DNA from: the human T2T-CHM13v2.0 reference genome, Homo sapiens
DNA: 64,000 bases
Assembly (NCBI RefSeq): GCF_009914755.1
Contig: NC_060929.1
Strand: one strand, 5' to 3'
Part shown: positions 62,670-64,000 of the stretch, piece by piece
How the letters are laid out: the number at the start of each line of letters is the position of its first letter
Position numbering within the stretch: the first letter of the stretch is position 1
Position numbers and translations under genes: made by a program
The notes under the pieces: generated by a model
The model's input: the letters and a program-made list of their open reading frames with translations, nothing else
Databases searched by the model: none
Told to the model about the DNA's origin: nothing

Positions 62670-63604
62670 GTGAGCCATTCAGCTTTTGTATAAAAGAAAT
62701 AAGAGATGATCTTATCTTATTTTGGGCCTCAGTCACCTCAATTTACCCTCAATCTCTCTTGGGTGCTGTAGTACCTTCCAGGCATAAAGTGTTCAATCGT
62801 ATGCAGTAAATAAATTATTTTAGAGATAGTCCTATTAAAGTATGTTTAAAAAAATAAGATTTATGTTTACAAAATTCATTCACTTTACATAGTTACATGT
62901 TTAGTTTTGTTTATGGCAATTCAATATGTTGTCACTAAATATTTTTTTTCAAAATCAGATAACATAAACTTAAATATGATAGAAGAGGAGAGAATTGATT
63001 CATTGAAACAGTGGCCTTCAAAACTCCTTTTTCTCAAAAAAAAAAATATTTGAAGGGGTGATGTAAAACCTTTTGTTTTTCTTATGACAGCATTCCAAGT
63101 CTTTCTCAAATATATTCGAGGACTTTATTTTGTAGACACTTTAGAAGTTGGATTTTTTTCAAGAAACATCTGTAAATGTTAGAAAAACAGTTCAAATCTT
63201 AAGAACAAGATGTATAAACAAGTTGTATAAACACATTTTAGTGCATTATGTGGTCAACCCAATATTTAATCATGGTTATCCATTATGTTTTATAAAACAT
63301 GTTACACTGTTTTTCCTGACATTAATTGCATTATTAAGATATTATGGAAGGATGTATTTGTTATTTGTTTATGACTTTCTTTGTCATTCATCAAAAGTAT
63401 GCTATTGTACCATGAAGAGCAATCTCTGCTGACCAGGCTGTTTACAAGTATCAGAAGAAATGCAATGTCAGGCTTTTGGTACTATAATTCCATGGGCAGT
63501 CTCTTGATTTTCCACATAAAATAGATCTACTTTATACAAGGCACTTTTCTCTTAGAATTTTTTTTAAGTTTAGTTTTAAAATCTAAAGCTAATTCTAAAT
63601 AAAT

Positions 63605-63736
63605 GCTGTCCTGTGCACTGTAAGATTTAGTAATATCTGTGGCCTTTTCGTACTAGATGACAGTTGCACCCCACCAAACTTGGACACTAAAATTATCTCC
63701 CAAGGAGCAAAACTGCCCCCAGTTGAGAACCACTGC
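63605..63736 (+). mobile_element. MER20 hAT relic
   Basis: GTCCTGTGCACTGTAAGATTTAG...GCAAAACTGCCCCCAGTTGAGAACCACTG. Confidence 0.8.
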
Positions 63737-64000
63737 TTTGGAACTTGACTGTTTCCCTTCCATTCTTTCTGTTTTTCTTGTCTCCTCTTTTGGGGCCCAT
63801 TATAAAATATAGGGTTGAAATGTTCCTCTTTCTAAATTACTTATTGGGCTGCTTATTCTGGAAGATTGACCTAGGGTTAATCACAAGGCAAGACCTGGTT
63901 TAGAATCAGTGAGATGACCCTTACTGGAAATGATGATTGCATGGTAATTTTAAGTATGCTAGCTTTTTATGTGAGGGTGATACTAAGGATGTACTGTACT

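Overview
Primate (human-like) nuclear DNA, AT-rich and CpG-depleted, with no CpG island and no recognisable host protein-coding gene, RNA gene or CRISPR array. Roughly half of the window is interspersed repeat: one full-length but dead L1PA7-like LINE-1 (21238-27508, -), a 3.2-kb L1PA3/4-like fragment inserted into an AluJ, a 5'-inverted L1MA (twin-priming geometry), other L1 fragments, eight Alus, about eleven LTR/MaLR pieces, Tigger and hAT DNA transposon relics, and L2/MIR remnants. All recognisable ORFs in the track are L1 ORF1/ORF2/ORF0 remnants or Alu/LTR/microsatellite read-throughs. Subfamily names come from recalled consensus sequences and need RepeatMasker/Dfam confirmation. I cannot support a new biological system here. 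The most interesting items are: a micro DUP-INV-DUP template-switch scar (31222-31507); an old 832-bp-spaced duplication whose GATA+TATA core is much better conserved than its flanks (43845-44831); an ORF0-like antisense ORF in the L1PA7 5'UTR; a minus-strand bias of L1/LTR elements suggesting an intron of a + strand transcript; several candidate exons; and palindromic microsatellite structures.
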